From Octopus bimaculoides (taxonomy: Eukaryota): a stretch of 51,956 nucleotides of DNA. Position numbers and translations under genes: made by a program. Below the pieces are notes generated by a model. The model ran no database searches. It was not told where the DNA came from and worked only from the letters and a program-made list of their open reading frames with translations. Shown here in pieces: positions 13,410 through 26,206 of this stretch. Each line of letters starts with the position of its first letter. Positions within the stretch are counted from its first letter, which is position 1. Location: NCBI RefSeq assembly GCF_001194135.2, contig NC_068994.1, forward strand, positions 53,036,812 through 53,088,767, in the 5' to 3' direction.

Positions 13410-13800
13410 TTTACCCCAGGTCAAATCTGATCGATCAGACCTCAGGTGAAAAGGGCTTTGAGCCAATATTAAAAATAGATTTGAAATAGGTTCAGCAGCA
13501 ATTTCTAGCAGACCAATTGACCTGTCGAGGCTCATTCGTCAGGTATTGAGGCTCCTTCTATATTGTGTAGATCTTAGTCAGACGAGATCAAACCGATCTA
13601 TGATGTAAGGCATCTGTGATTCAATGTGTTTTGTTGTTGTTATTGTTGTCGTTGATTTTGATGAAATTTGGCTGTTATTTCTTGCACGATGAGTGACCGC
13701 GTAGACAATCACACGTTTACTCTTTTCCAAAACGGTGAAGTACGATTTTGAAGATTTTGCTGTTTTTTCTAGTAGGTCGAGCGAGTATAAGCACCTTTGC
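13410..13800 (+). repeat. Cluster of short degenerate dispersed-repeat motifs (two motif types)
   Basis: Motif B (GA[A/T]TTTGGCTGCTATTTCTAGCAG-like) at about 13478, 13663 and 13744, and again at 36668-36720. Motif A (CCCCAGGTCA..CTGATCG..CAGACCT-like) at about 13413 and 13572. Confidence 0.5.
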
Positions 13801-15232
13801 TGACACGCCTTTAAATTGGTGTTATGTTTTAACTATTATAAGCCAAACAACTCTGATCAAGCAGTCACATGATACCGTGAGCAACGTGCATTTGAAAGAT
13901 ACGTAAGGCTATATTATACTATATGAATTACCCAGAACGTGCCATCTATCATGGCAGTGCCACTGTGACTTTATCAAGGTAATGCGGGCCCAAAGCACGG
14001 CAAATCACACGTTAATTGCGTATGTCGCTCAATCTGCAACAATTAAGAGCCGAATCTTGTTTAAGTTACATCACTTTGCCTTGAAAAAGGAAGAACCAGC
14101 AATTTGCTTTCTGTCTACAAAACTAAAATCCTTATTAACTATAGTAAGAATGTGTTTGGACAACATGTCGCTTGAAGCAAGGTTTACCGAGGGCTAAACA
14201 ACACCAACGAAGTACACACACACTACGAACAGCACACACAAAGACATACCACGCCCACTAACAGTGAAACGTTGAGGCAGCTGATTCAGTTTAATACATT
14301 CGCAGTTAATGAACATTAATCATATTAAGAAATGGCATGTGATTAGTCAGACAAACATCGTTATTCTGATGACAACACACAACTATAAATTCATTTTCTC
14401 CGTACATTAATTAATGTATAATTCATTTAGTTTCAGAGATAAAATTATATTTTAGCTCAGGACTAAATATACATCAGGGTACAAGATCACNNNNNNNNNN
14501 NNNNNNNNNNNNNNNNNNNNNNNNNNNNNNNNNNNNNNNNNNNNNNNNNNNNNNNNNNNNNNNNNNNNNNNNNNNNNNNNNNNNNNNNNNNNNNNNNNNN
14601 NNNNNNNNNNNNNNNNNNNNNNNNNNNNNNNNNNNNNNNNNNNNNNNNNNNNNNNNNNNNNNNNNNNNNNNNNNNNNNNNNNNNNNNNNNNNNNNNNNNN
14701 NNNNNNNNNNNNNNNNNNNNNNNNNNNNNNNNNNNNNNNNNNNNNNNNNNNNNNNNNNNNNNNNNNNNNNNNNNNNNNNNNNNNNNNNNNNNNNNNNNNN
14801 NNNNNNNNNNNNNNNNNNNNNNNNNNNNNNNNNNNNNNNNNNNNNNNNNNNNNNNNNNNNNNNNNNNNNNNNNNNNNNNNNNNNNNNNNNNNNNNNNNNN
14901 NNNNNNNNNNNNNNNNNNNNNNNNNNNNNNNNNNNNNNNNNNNNNNNNNNNNNNNNNNNNNNNNNNNNNNNNNNNNNNNNNNNNNNNNNNNNNNNNNNNN
15001 NNNNNNNNNNNNNNNNNNNNNNNNNNNNNNNNNNNNNNNNNNNNNNNNNNNNNNNNNNNNNNNNNNNNNNNNNNNNNNNNNNNNNNNNNNNNNNNNNNNN
15101 NNNNNNNNNNNNNNNNNNNNNNNNNNNNNNNNNNNNNNNNNNNNNNNNNNNNNNNNNNNNNNNNNNNNNNNNNNNNNNNNNNNNNNNNNNNNNNNNNNNN
15201 NNNNNNNNNNNNNNNNNNNNNNNNNNNNNNNN

Positions 15233-15905
15233 CTTAAATGAAAGAACTTGCAGGAGATGGTTTGCAAAATTCAGAAGTGAAGATTTCAGCCTTGAAGATG
15301 AAGAACGAACAGGATGTCCAGTTGAGTTTGATGACAAGCTCCTTGAGGCATTACTTGAAGAAAATCCTGCATTATCAGTTGAAGAATTGGCAATAAATCT
15401 TATTTCAAACCATACATCTGTTCATCGTCATCTTCAAGAACTTGAAAAGGTTCCAAAACTTGGAAAATGGGTGTTTCATGAATTGTCCGAAAGCAACCGC
15501 AAATCCCGAGTTGACATCTTTTCGTCTCTCCATTCTCGCGAACTCATTTCACTCTTTTTAGATAAGCTTGTGACTGGTGACGAAAAATGGATCTTCTATC
15601 AAAATGTTAAATGTCGTAAACAGTGGCTTGGCAAAAGGGAAAAAGCTCAACAACAACCGAGAAGGGAACTTCATGAGAAAAAGGTTCTTATTTCTATCTG
15701 GTGGGATTACAAAGGAGAAATTCACTTTGAACTGTTACCACCTAATGCAACATTCAATGCTCAAGTCTACTGTCAGCAATTAGAGCGTTTGAACCAAGAT
15801 TTGAAGAAAAAAGACCCGCTTTAGTGAATGGAAAAGGGGTGATGTTTCATCAGGACAATGCACGACCCCACACTGCAAAGATCACATCTCAGAAGATCGA
15901 AGTCC
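15233..15905 (+). mobile_element. Mariner (DD34D-type) transposase fragment; 5' part lost in the gap, 3' truncated
   Basis: Open frame from 15234: LNERTCRRWFAKFRSEDFSLEDEERTGCP, KLGKWVFHEL, LVTGDEKWIFYQN, KKVLISIWWDYKG, VYCQQLERL. After a frameshift near 15815: PALVNGKGVMFHQDNARPHTAK. The first two catalytic Asp residues are present; the YSPDLAPSD box is absent. Confidence 0.95.
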
Positions 15906-17789
15906 TTGGTACAAATCTACGGATATACAAAACATATATGCTGCAATAAAGCGTCTTCTCTCCTTATATGTGCCGTTTGACAATAACAAGAGGAATCTTA
16001 TCCGGTAGCCACCCTGTTTTCCGGACTTGCTTTCTGTTAACTTTTCCGTAAAATTTTCTCTAAACTTTTAGATACCATATTTGAAATTCATTTTATTAGT
16101 GACGTAGCAAACTGTGCTGCGAGACTCGTGTCCTGCCCCCAGTAAATATGTCCCAGTTTGTGTTCTAAAACAAGATATATTAGAAGTAATGCATCCTCAG
16201 TGAAGGAAATTATCTGGAAGTTTAATTAAATTGTAAGTAAAGCAATAAATTTGTTTTCATAATGTCCCGTTTATTATTGAACGGGCCTCCTTATGTGTAA
16301 CCTCTACTCATGATTGTGTTACAAGACTTGCATCTATTTCATAATTCAAAGCTGTCTACATGAGATATGATGTTCATATGAAAATTCTTCTAATAGAATC
16401 CGTAAATTGTTTTGTTGTCGTAAATATTAAATTCCCAAGTTTGCTTTCTAAAAGTTTAGTCTCCATACCATTAAGAAAATTTCAATATTATTTAAGAACA
16501 TTAAATTTATAAGTCACTAATGTATATGATCTTTTTTTAAGTGTTGTCATTTTCTTATATGTTGATAAGTTTTGTATATATTTCTTTTTAGTTGCTTGCT
16601 TCTTGTTGAAATACAGCATTTGTTATTAGATGCATATCTTTACTTTGTACATTATTCAAAACTATTGGGCATGAAGTTTATTGAGAATCTATTACTTATA
16701 TAAATATCTTAACATTTCTCTATAATTTCCAAAATAAGAACCAAAATATAATATATAAAAATGTTCAAATAAATATATTTATAAATATTTAATGCTTGGA
16801 AAATATTTCAAGAAAACACCCATTGTTGTCTCCCAGAAAAGATATGCTAAATGATATCTAATGCATATATAGATTCTGTAATTCAATTCTTTTTTTCTAT
16901 TACTATTTAAATTAAAAAAAACTTGAGCTATTTATTTCTACTTAACTGAAAACATTAAGTACGTTGACAAAACTCAGTGCCATTAATTCTGAAGAACTCG
17001 AATATATTTCTCATTTGTAGTATAATGAGTGGGTGTGGGTATCTGATTAAATAAACAATCAACATTTATCCTGTTGCTCAGAGTAAACAACAAAAGTTTA
17101 CTTGCAATGAGGTTTGAAACGTAATTCGATTGTCATTCGAAACCATTTCACATTACTTAGACATACTCGTTTAATTTGTCCAGCAACAACGCATGGACAG
17201 CAATAATAAAGAAAAGCACTTGTAAAGCAGAAGCGATAGACAAGAGTAACAGAGCATTAGTAATGGAGTAGCGGTAGTAGAATAGAGGTTACAAAAAGCT
17301 GTGTAGCAATGAGAGAATTAAAGATAAGACGTACATTATTAAGTTTTGATTTAACTATAACTTTACAAAGAGACACTAAATCAGGGCTTTGAGCAAAAGA
17401 AACACTCATTAATTGTATATTTATGACACAGCTGAAAAGATAAAAGATTTCTGGCCGCTGGTCCCTAATTTACGTCTTCAATGCCTGAGTGAGTTTTAAA
17501 GAGTACAAATATATTTATCTTGCTTTGATGTGAGGATCTCTAATTAGTCCTCAACCCTTTCGTGAGCTTTATTATTTTACATCAAGCTTCAAAATGTATG
17601 GTAATTGTATCTGAAATGTGTAAAGTAAAGTGTCTGCGAAAAAACGAGCAATTATGGATGCCGCTCCATAGTTATTCAGTTTCACCTACGTTACCGATGC
17701 CCTGTAGAAAAATAATTTTTTTCCCGCTGATCACTCTATTAACGATTATATCTAGTCTACTTTGTAGTAGAAATCTTTAACCCAGTTGG

Positions 17790-18130
17790 ACTCGTTTGGT
17801 TTTTTTCGAGCAAATCCTTGTTCATGCCAAAGGTCTTTCAATACTATTCTTCGTAAGTACAGTATCATAACCATTGGATTTGCAATCTACCTGATATGTG
17901 CAATTTGATCTTTTATAACTTGACTCTTATCTACCCACTTTACCATCTCATAGATATTTTGCTGTCTTGTACATCACAAAATCATGACCTCTTTCAATCC
18001 AACGCACAACTGCCATATTCAGCGTTTGATTATTAATACCGAAGAATCGAACCAGTTTTCTTTTAGACTCACTACATTGAAACCAGCGGACGTTCTGCCA
18101 GCGTGCAAATTCATCGACATCATTTTGTTT
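17790..18130 (-). mobile_element. Possible very old R4/Dong-like LINE remnant
   Basis: Minus-strand pieces RWIERGH and DVQDSKISMRW-KWVDKSQV loosely resemble the WLxxGxLK...AAQDQ...IDKSQ region upstream of the zinc knuckle. Weak and frameshifted. Confidence 0.25.
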
Positions 18131-18979
18131 CGAAAGGTTTTATTTATTGTATTTTATAAAGATAAAAACAGGGTTAATCAAATATCACAACAAAATTTGT
18201 ACATATACGTGCAAAAGAAATGAAACTACACCTAATGAAATAAAATGACGAAATCAATGGCTGGTTAAAGCCTTTCCATAGATTATTCTGCATGCATTTT
18301 ACTTTTATATAGCCTTTTCATGAAACAGTCCAATGGAAGTTAAAAAGCTGAGATTTCGAAGTATCTGACAAAAGTTTCATTATACAAATAATATTCTGCG
18401 TGGGTATGTAGGCAAAGAAGAAAATATATATAAATATATAAATACACATACTCACATATATATTTTTAAATACGTATATACGTTCAAAATATTTATATAC
18501 GAATGCATACATACTCACACATATATATATACAAACGTATGTATAAATATGTAGATACATATATATAAATATACACATATCAAATACATCTGTAATATAT
18601 ATATATATATATATATATATAGTTGTGAGTATGTATGCATGTATGTGTGTGTATGCATACATGCATAGGAAATTACATTGGAAATAACACCTCCGGGAAA
18701 ATGGAAAAAGTCATGACAGATAATGGTCAATCATGAGAGAAACTGTATGAAAAATTTCTTCGTTAAGAAACCCCAGTAAACACGAAAAAAATAATAACGA
18801 GAAACTATTACAGAAACTACAGTAAAAATCTTTCAGGAATTCCACTGCTAGGTTTTAAAGGCCATAGAAAAAACGAATATCTGCAGCGCAGGAATTCTGA
18901 GAAAGGGAATTTGTGGTATTATCAATGTCTTAAATAGGTCGAATGTTAAATACGAGCACAAAAAGTCTAGCGAGGCAGC

Positions 18980-19300
18980 AAAGAAGCGGTACGAAATTCC
19001 GGAGAAAATATATTAATGAAAGAAGCTACGTAAAATGTTAGAGTATGAAAAAATATGAAAAGCGGTGCAACCGAAATGCTTCTTGGAAAGAAAATTGTAG
19101 AATCGGAGTTAGAAGAACAGCAAAAGAGGGATCAAAGGTGCTGGGTTGAGATCTAAATTAAGAGGGAGCGGGAATAAATGCGATGGCAATATTCAGTGAT
19201 AGGCATATGGAAAGAAAAAATGTAGAGAGAGGCGTATTCTAAAAATGCAAGATATTAGGGTTGTGGATTTTATAAATTATGGTACAAATTTGAAGTGTGA
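18980..19300 (+). mobile_element. Possible decayed 3' end of an R4/Dong-like LINE running into a (TAA)n tract
   Basis: QPKCFLE-ENCRI (compare HxPExVLENENCKI), then SVIGI and GCAAGATATTAGG (ARILR-like) just before the TAA run. Same motif order as 11165-11785. Confidence 0.4.
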
Positions 19301-19304
19301 TGCA

Positions 19305-19423
<119 letters not shown>

Positions 19424-19711
19424 AACCTCAAGACAAACCAACTAAATAAGAACCAATGAGAAATATATAAGTATACAGTTACGTAAGATGGTAATTGCCT
19501 TAGTGGTGTATGGAATGGAACCAAATTGCATGCAAAATGAAATTATTAGAAGATAGTTTGTGAAAGGAGATACATGAGATAAAAAAAAATTTGAATACGG
19601 ATTAAAAGATTTGAAAATTGAGAAATTGATATAAAACTCCAGATAAAATTCTGGTTTTAGAATTTCCGCTGAAATCTGTTGTACAAAAGTAGTAAGCGTT
19701 CATATAATTTA

Positions 19712-19905
19712 AGGCGGCGAGCTGATAAATTCGTTGGCAAAATGCTTAGCTTCATGTTCTGAGTTCGAATTCCACCGAGCTCAACTTTGCCTTTCCTCGT
19801 TTCGGGATCGATAAAATAGGTACCAGTTGAAGCCTGGGGTTCGATGTTATCGACTTAGCCCCTTCCAAAAATATCTGGTGTTGTACCAAAAATTTGAAAC
19901 CAATA
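19712..19905 (+). mobile_element. tRNA-derived SINE, family A (diverged, internal deletion)
   Basis: AGGCGGCGAGCTG head, B-box-like GAGTTCGAATTCC and TCGATAAAATAGGTACCAGTTG core. Aligns with 39390-39606. Confidence 0.85.
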
Positions 19906-20624
19906 TTACTTAGCAGGTATGTTGCTCAGCTATGATTTCAACTCTGTGTTTTCAAGAAGAAATTCTCTCCTTGTGTTTACCAAATAAATTATATTTGCAA
20001 ATACAGTGATCCACCATTTAAACGTCAAAAGTTAAATGCTCGTCCATTAATAATCTTTTGATTCCCTTTTGAAGTAGATATAATTTTGAATAAATCTATT
20101 TTAATTGCGTCGTGTAAGAAATAACTTACATAGGGAAGTAAAACATCAAAATGGTAAATCTCTGTTCACCCAAGCTGATAGAACTAAAAATCTAAATAGT
20201 CATACGAATTATCAAATATCTTCTTTTTCTGTTGCCGCTAAAGTCTATAAGGCAACGAAGGAAGACTGATTAAACGAAATTAAGAATCAAAGACAACCAA
20301 TCTTCTCTAACATTTATATAGATGATAGAAATGAAATATTTGCATCTAAAGAACATTATATAACATATGCTAAGTTCGTAAATAAACTTTCCATTAAATA
20401 AACTAACAACACGAAAACTTCGAAAACTATCAGGAAAACTCCAGTGAACATTAGACACAGTTATTAAAAACACTGTGGATCAGTCGACATTATGCTATGG
20501 AACCGATGCTTTCAATATCCATTCGAAGCTTGGTGGTTTCTGGTACCTACATCCTGCCATTAGTAATGTATTGATGTAGATAATAGATATCATAGTATGA
20601 TAGTATTCTTTCTACTGTCTAAAT

Positions 20625-20865
20625 TAGTGGTTCTCAACCATTTTGTCTATGGACCAATTTGATTGCTATTTTACTCAGTCTGATAACTCCTTTTATATTT
20701 TCCTATTATATTTTCATGAATTGATGTTATTAGGAATTGAATTAAAAGTGTTTTTATTATGTTGTGTATCTTTGAAATATAACCAGTTTATTTGCACATA
20801 AACTCTAACAACAGAACCCTATATGGCCCCTTAAGCGCCATATGGACCCCGGCTGAGAACCACTG
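20625..20865. mobile_element. hAT (Charlie/MER5-like) MITE
   Basis: TIRs TAGTGGTTCTCAACC (20625) and GGCTGAGAACCACTG (ending 20865). The 8-bp flanks GTCTAAAT and ATTTAAAG match at 5 of 8 positions and fit the NTCTAGAN-type target preference. Confidence 0.8.
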
Positions 20866-22679
20866 ATTTAAAGCAATCACTTGAATTCAACACTTCCTTT
20901 CAGCACATTTCCTTTTCTAATCCGCCCCGACACCGAATAATTCGTTAGACCTCATCACTAAAATACTTTCTAACAATATGGAACTACCATGCAATATTAA
21001 TCTTTACCATCATCTACGTCTACTAGGGCTTTATCATCTTTGCAACTCAGTTATTTGTACAGCCACAACTCTCTACTATATTTGCTTTTTACTAATTCTT
21101 ATAAATATGTTACATATTTTATTTTCTTTCTTTTCCACTTAATTTTTATTGATCCCTCTACATTACATTCTTCCCCCAAATATCTATTATTCCTAAATAC
21201 TAGACATCAATAGCTTTTACTCACCCTCTTTCATTCTTCCAAAATTTATATGAAACATCGAACTTCTTTCAAATATAGTTACATACATTTACATTTTTTA
21301 CCCAATGTCTTTCTTTCATCTGCATCTTATCTTCCAACTGCCAGAATTACATATTAGTATAGATACCTTTGATTTATGCCTTAACTTTTCTATTTTTATA
21401 TTCTTACTTTATGTATATTATATGTACCCACCCACCTCATTACTTCTTCATATTCTCAGCTCACACTAATTTAATGCAACCTTTTAGTAGTTCTAGTTAT
21501 CCCTATATTTCGCATCCTATTTCCCTGCGGACTTCCTTTGTTGTTTTATATATTATCCCAGATGCATTGCGTTAGGTTGTGCTTTCATATTTCATTTTCT
21601 GCAATTTTCATTCTTTCAATAAAATATATTGTCTTGGAACGATTTCCTTTAATATTATTTTAAAGTTCCTGCACACTGGCTTTACTTGCCATGTATTTCA
21701 CCAATTTTTCTGATACTTTAATTTTCTTTCTTTCTGCTATCTTTGGACAGGAGAAGACTATGCTAAGTCAACCCGAAATGACTCATAACATACTATGATA
21801 AAAATAAAGATTTTCTTGATCAAATGTGAAAGAAAGATTGCGGAAGTAAACCTAATATAAATTCTATTAAAGAATTTATATCACCTTTGCTTTCGCAATT
21901 CTTTCATATTCGATCAAGAAAATGTTATTTTATTTTTATCGTTGTACTTTGTTGTGAGGCTTTTCGGGCTGGTCTAACATATTCTTCTCCTGTCCATTAA
22001 AACTAACATCAACCATTAAAAATGTAAATGGTAATCTTGCCAGAAACAAGGACTATTACAGCCATATTATTAAATTAAATTCCATTCTATGAATGGAATT
22101 TAATTCAATATCATTCTTGTGTTACAAAATGTTCTTTAAATAAATTTTTCTTCATTCATTTTCTTTTCTTTTTTTTGTTACAATACTATTTATCTCAAAA
22201 AATTATCTAAAAAAATTCTCTCCTTGCGTACAGAGGAGATAAAATGACCGAAATATATATTCATGTGTGTGTATGTATGTGTGTCTGTGTGTGTGTGTCT
22301 CTGTGTGTGTCTGTGTGTGTGTGTGTGCGTGCGTTTGTGTGTGTGTCTGTGTTTGCGTCTGTGTTTATAGCCAAGGAGAAAGCACTCATTATACGAAATA
22401 GAGAGAATATATGGCTTTATAACGAATATACGTACAAAACAGTTTTACGTATATCTGTTGGGTCTACGGTTGACAGATGTGATTGCCCAGATCTACAGCG
22501 GTAACTGTGATTCTGGATTTAAACTGGCATATATGACTTAAACTTAAGCAGTTCTATCAAACTTATAAAAAAACTTCTAACTATACAATGAAGTGACAGT
22601 ACTTCAAAACTAAGTTGACAGGCGCAGGTCTGCATGACATGCACACCATTATTACTCGTGTAACCTAGCCACTAAGTCT

Positions 22680-22805
22680 CCTTGTTTTTATTTTCTCTCT
22701 CTGTTTATTTTTGTGTTCCTTTCTTTTGAAAAGCGTAGGCTCGAAACGTAAAAGACTTTATCACTTCCAGAACGTTAAACACACCCGTCTTCGTCTTTTG
22801 TTTTG
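22680..22805 (+). mobile_element. Dispersed repeat (possible Penelope-like terminal repeat) with degenerate hammerhead layout, copy 1
   Basis: Aligns with 40620-40785 (GAA.AGCGTAG(G)CTC.AAACGT.AAAGACTTT...C.TCGTCT.TTGTT). Runs into the gap at 22806. The Penelope assignment is inference. Confidence 0.55.
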
Positions 22806-24333
22806 NNNNNNNNNNNNNNNNNNNNNNNNNNNNNNNNNNNNNNNNNNNNNNNNNNNNNNNNNNNNNNNNNNNNNNNNNNNNNNNNNNNNNNNNNNNNNNN
22901 NNNNNNNNNNNNNNNNNNNNNNNNNNNNNNNNNNNNNNNNNNNNNNNNNNNNNNNNNNNNNNNNNNNNNNNNNNNNNNNNNNNNNNNNNNNNNNNNNNNN
23001 NNNNNNNNNNNNNNNNNNNNNNNNNNNNNNNNNNNNNNNNNNNNNNNNNNNNNNNNNNNNNNNNNNNNNNNNNNNNNNNNNNNNNNNNNNNNNNNNNNNN
23101 NNNNNNNNNNNNNNNNNNNNNNNNNNNNNNNNNNNNNNNNNNNNNNNNNNNNNNNNNNNNNNNNNNNNNNNNNNNNNNNNNNNNNNNNNNNNNNNNNNNN
23201 NNNNNNNNNNNNNNNNNNNNNNNNNNNNNNNNNNNNNNNNNNNNNNNNNNNNNNNNNNNNNNNNNNNNNNNNNNNNNNNNNNNNNNNNNNNNNNNNNNNN
23301 NNNNNNNNNNNNNNNNNNNNNNNNNNNNNNNNNNNNNNNNNNNNNNNNNNNNNNNNNNNNNNNNNNNNNNNNNNNNNNNNNNNNNNNNNNNNNNNNNNNN
23401 NNNNNNNNNNNNNNNNNNNNNNNNNNNNNNNNNNNNNNNNNNNNNNNNNNNNNNNNNNNNNNNNNNNNNNNNNNNNNNNNNNNNNNNNNNNNNNNNNNNN
23501 NNNNNNNNNNNNNNNNNNNNNNNNNNNNNNNNNNNNNNNNNNNNNNNNNNNNNNNNNNNNNNNNNNNNNNNNNNNNNNNNNNNNNNNNNNNNNNNNNNNN
23601 NNNNNNNNNNNNNNNATATACATATAGATAGATATGTATGTATATATGTGTGTTTGTGTGTGTGTGTTATGTATATGTTCATTTTTGGCGTACGCATTCA
23701 TATAATATATCGCGCACGATATATTTCTATGCACAAACAGTATAGAAAATTTTTTTTACGAGCAACTACACGCCATTAAGTACATATTTCTATGCAAATA
23801 TATAAATATCGATTATTCCCCGGTTTCTATTCTTCCCTCAAGTCCCTTCAAATGTCATCTTTAATGAACGGTAGCTGTATTGTTGATGATGTTACAAAAG
23901 ACAAATTTAATATATATCTACTTGAGATGTTCCAGTGTTATGCAGATCATCATTTCTGTAGTCTATACATCATCCTATAGGCCTATTCTTATTTACTTTC
24001 TCTCCTCTACTTACAATCAGTTTATACTTAATTTGATTACAATACATCTTACTGAAAAAAGTCAGAGAATGGTAAAGTGATAGAGATACAAGTTAATAAA
24101 AGTATGTTTGTATTTTCTACTGTGCAAGATATTGTATGAAATATAATCCTATTTATTTCTTTGTTCACAATTGTAGCATACTTAAAAATAAACATATTGT
24201 CTACAGTTGTATGTACATAAAAACTGCCACACACAAACACACAAACACTCACACGCACACTCGCACACACTCACACACACACGCACATATATATAATTAT
24301 AGTTAGAAACACATGCACGTACACGGATATAAG

Positions 24334-24406
<73 letters not shown>

Positions 24407-24421
24407 GGGTGTGTGTGTATG

Positions 24422-24484
<63 letters not shown>

Positions 24485-24561
24485 ATGAGAATACATAGAT
24501 AAGGCAAAACATACAAATCTGCACATATACATACATACATACATGCATACATACATACATA

Positions 24562-24675
24562 CAAAAATATCCTGTGCTGATGTTGAAATTCCAATGAATG
24601 TACCTTGGATCTAGGTTAGAAACCAGTTCTTTTTCTATTGACAAGAAATCTTGAAATAAACTGAATAATGACATA
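24562..24675 (+). repeat. Short dispersed repeat of about 110 bp embedded in (TACA)n tracts, copy 1
   Basis: GATGTTGAAATTCCAA...CTTGGATCTAGGTTAGAAACC...TCTATTGACAAGAAAT...GAATAATGACATA matches the reverse complement of 45122-45225. Confidence 0.8.
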
Positions 24676-25003
24676 TATACATACGTACGTACGTACGTAC
24701 ATACATTCGTACATACACATACATTCATGCATACATAAATGCATACATACATACATGCATACATGCATACAGGCATATCAGTTGTTGCTTTCAATCAACC
24801 AACTACAATTTGCAGAAACACAAAAGTACATCTGATTTTCTGTACTACTCCGACAGAAAATCTGAATTATAGAATGTGATTTTGCATATGTAATATATTC
24901 AGTAATGCAAATTGAAGGCACTATCTTAAAACAACAGGTAATATTCTGAGTGCTGCTTTGTTCTCTTGGTGCAATTATTTCTTAAAATAAATGTGTGTTT
25001 GTA

Positions 25004-25045
<42 letters not shown>

Positions 25046-25519
25046 TGCGTGCGTTATGAATATGTGGCAATTGGCAGAATCGCTCGAGCGACGAATAAAT
25101 TGGTTTACGTAAATGATTCCGGCTTATTCTCCAAATCTTTACATCTTTCGGATATAAAATGTGTTTCCAGTCTCTGGAGGTCCATAAATATAATAAAAGA
25201 GTCAGTGAATTATCTGTAGTCCGTGATTTTGAATTACAAAAACCTGACCCTAACAATTTCAATCTAGGAAGTATTTTATTCCATATACATATACATAATG
25301 ATGACATATATATGTACGTACACTCACTAATGTACTACATTGCCTTTCATACTTCTGAGCTTTATGAAAGAAATACCAGTCAAATGGTAAAAGTTTGGCT
25401 ACGACACTCCACTGAAACTGGTGGTCCGTGCCTTGGCTACAAATTGCTATTAGAATTGCTATGATAAAAACAATGAAATATGTAAATGTTCAACAAGAAC
25501 GTGCAGCGTTTAGTCAAGT

Positions 25520-25650
25520 GTGGTCTGAGCGCTCTGAGTTTAAATTCAGTCAACCTTGATTTTACCTTTCATTTCTAGTGAAATAAAGAACTAATCACGC
25601 ACTGAAGTAATTGATATTTACCCACACAATAATCCCTAGCCGCGTATCTC
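25520..25650 (+). mobile_element. Very decayed SINE family A-like fragment
   Basis: CTCTGAGTTTAAATTC...TTTTACCTTTCAT resembles the B-box and core of family A. Confidence 0.35.
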
Positions 25651-26128
25651 TTTTACAAATTGTTGTTTAAATAGCTTTCTCTAGTATTGTGTTACATATA
25701 TTGGTATTTCTTTTGTCTTGCTATTTGTTACATTAATAGATATCAATAGAATTTGAATCAAACAATCAATTCAGATATTTCTTTCTGAGACATATGCATA
25801 TGTACTTATTTGTATTGTAGTAAACGTTATCGATGTAGGGCAATGAATAACTCTATTGAAAATGTTATCTCTACATTTATCACAATATATGTATCAGTCG
25901 TATTTTGACTAAAATATGAGATTGGTACTTCAGGAATAATAATTGCTCAAGTCGCTTCTCTGTAAGTGTGTGCGCATGTGTGTATATATATATATGTATG
26001 TATGTGTGTATGTATGTATGTACATACGTACGTATGTATGTATGTACGTACGTACGTATGTATGTATGTGCGTACGTATATATTTATATATGTATGTATA
26101 TTTGTATATCTATAAACGTACACGTATG

Positions 26129-26130
<2 letters not shown>

Positions 26131-26203
<73 letters not shown>
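26131..26203. repeat. Perfect (TAA)n microsatellite, about 24 units
   Basis: Directly visible; abuts the LINE fragment at 26207. Confidence 0.95.
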
Positions 26204-26204
<1 letters not shown>

Positions 26205-26206
26205 TA

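Noticed and set aside
20900-21750. Strongly pyrimidine-rich strand suggesting an old LINE on the minus strand (GVRQG-like trace near 21530)
   Set aside because: I could not recover colinear motifs; strand skew alone is insufficient.
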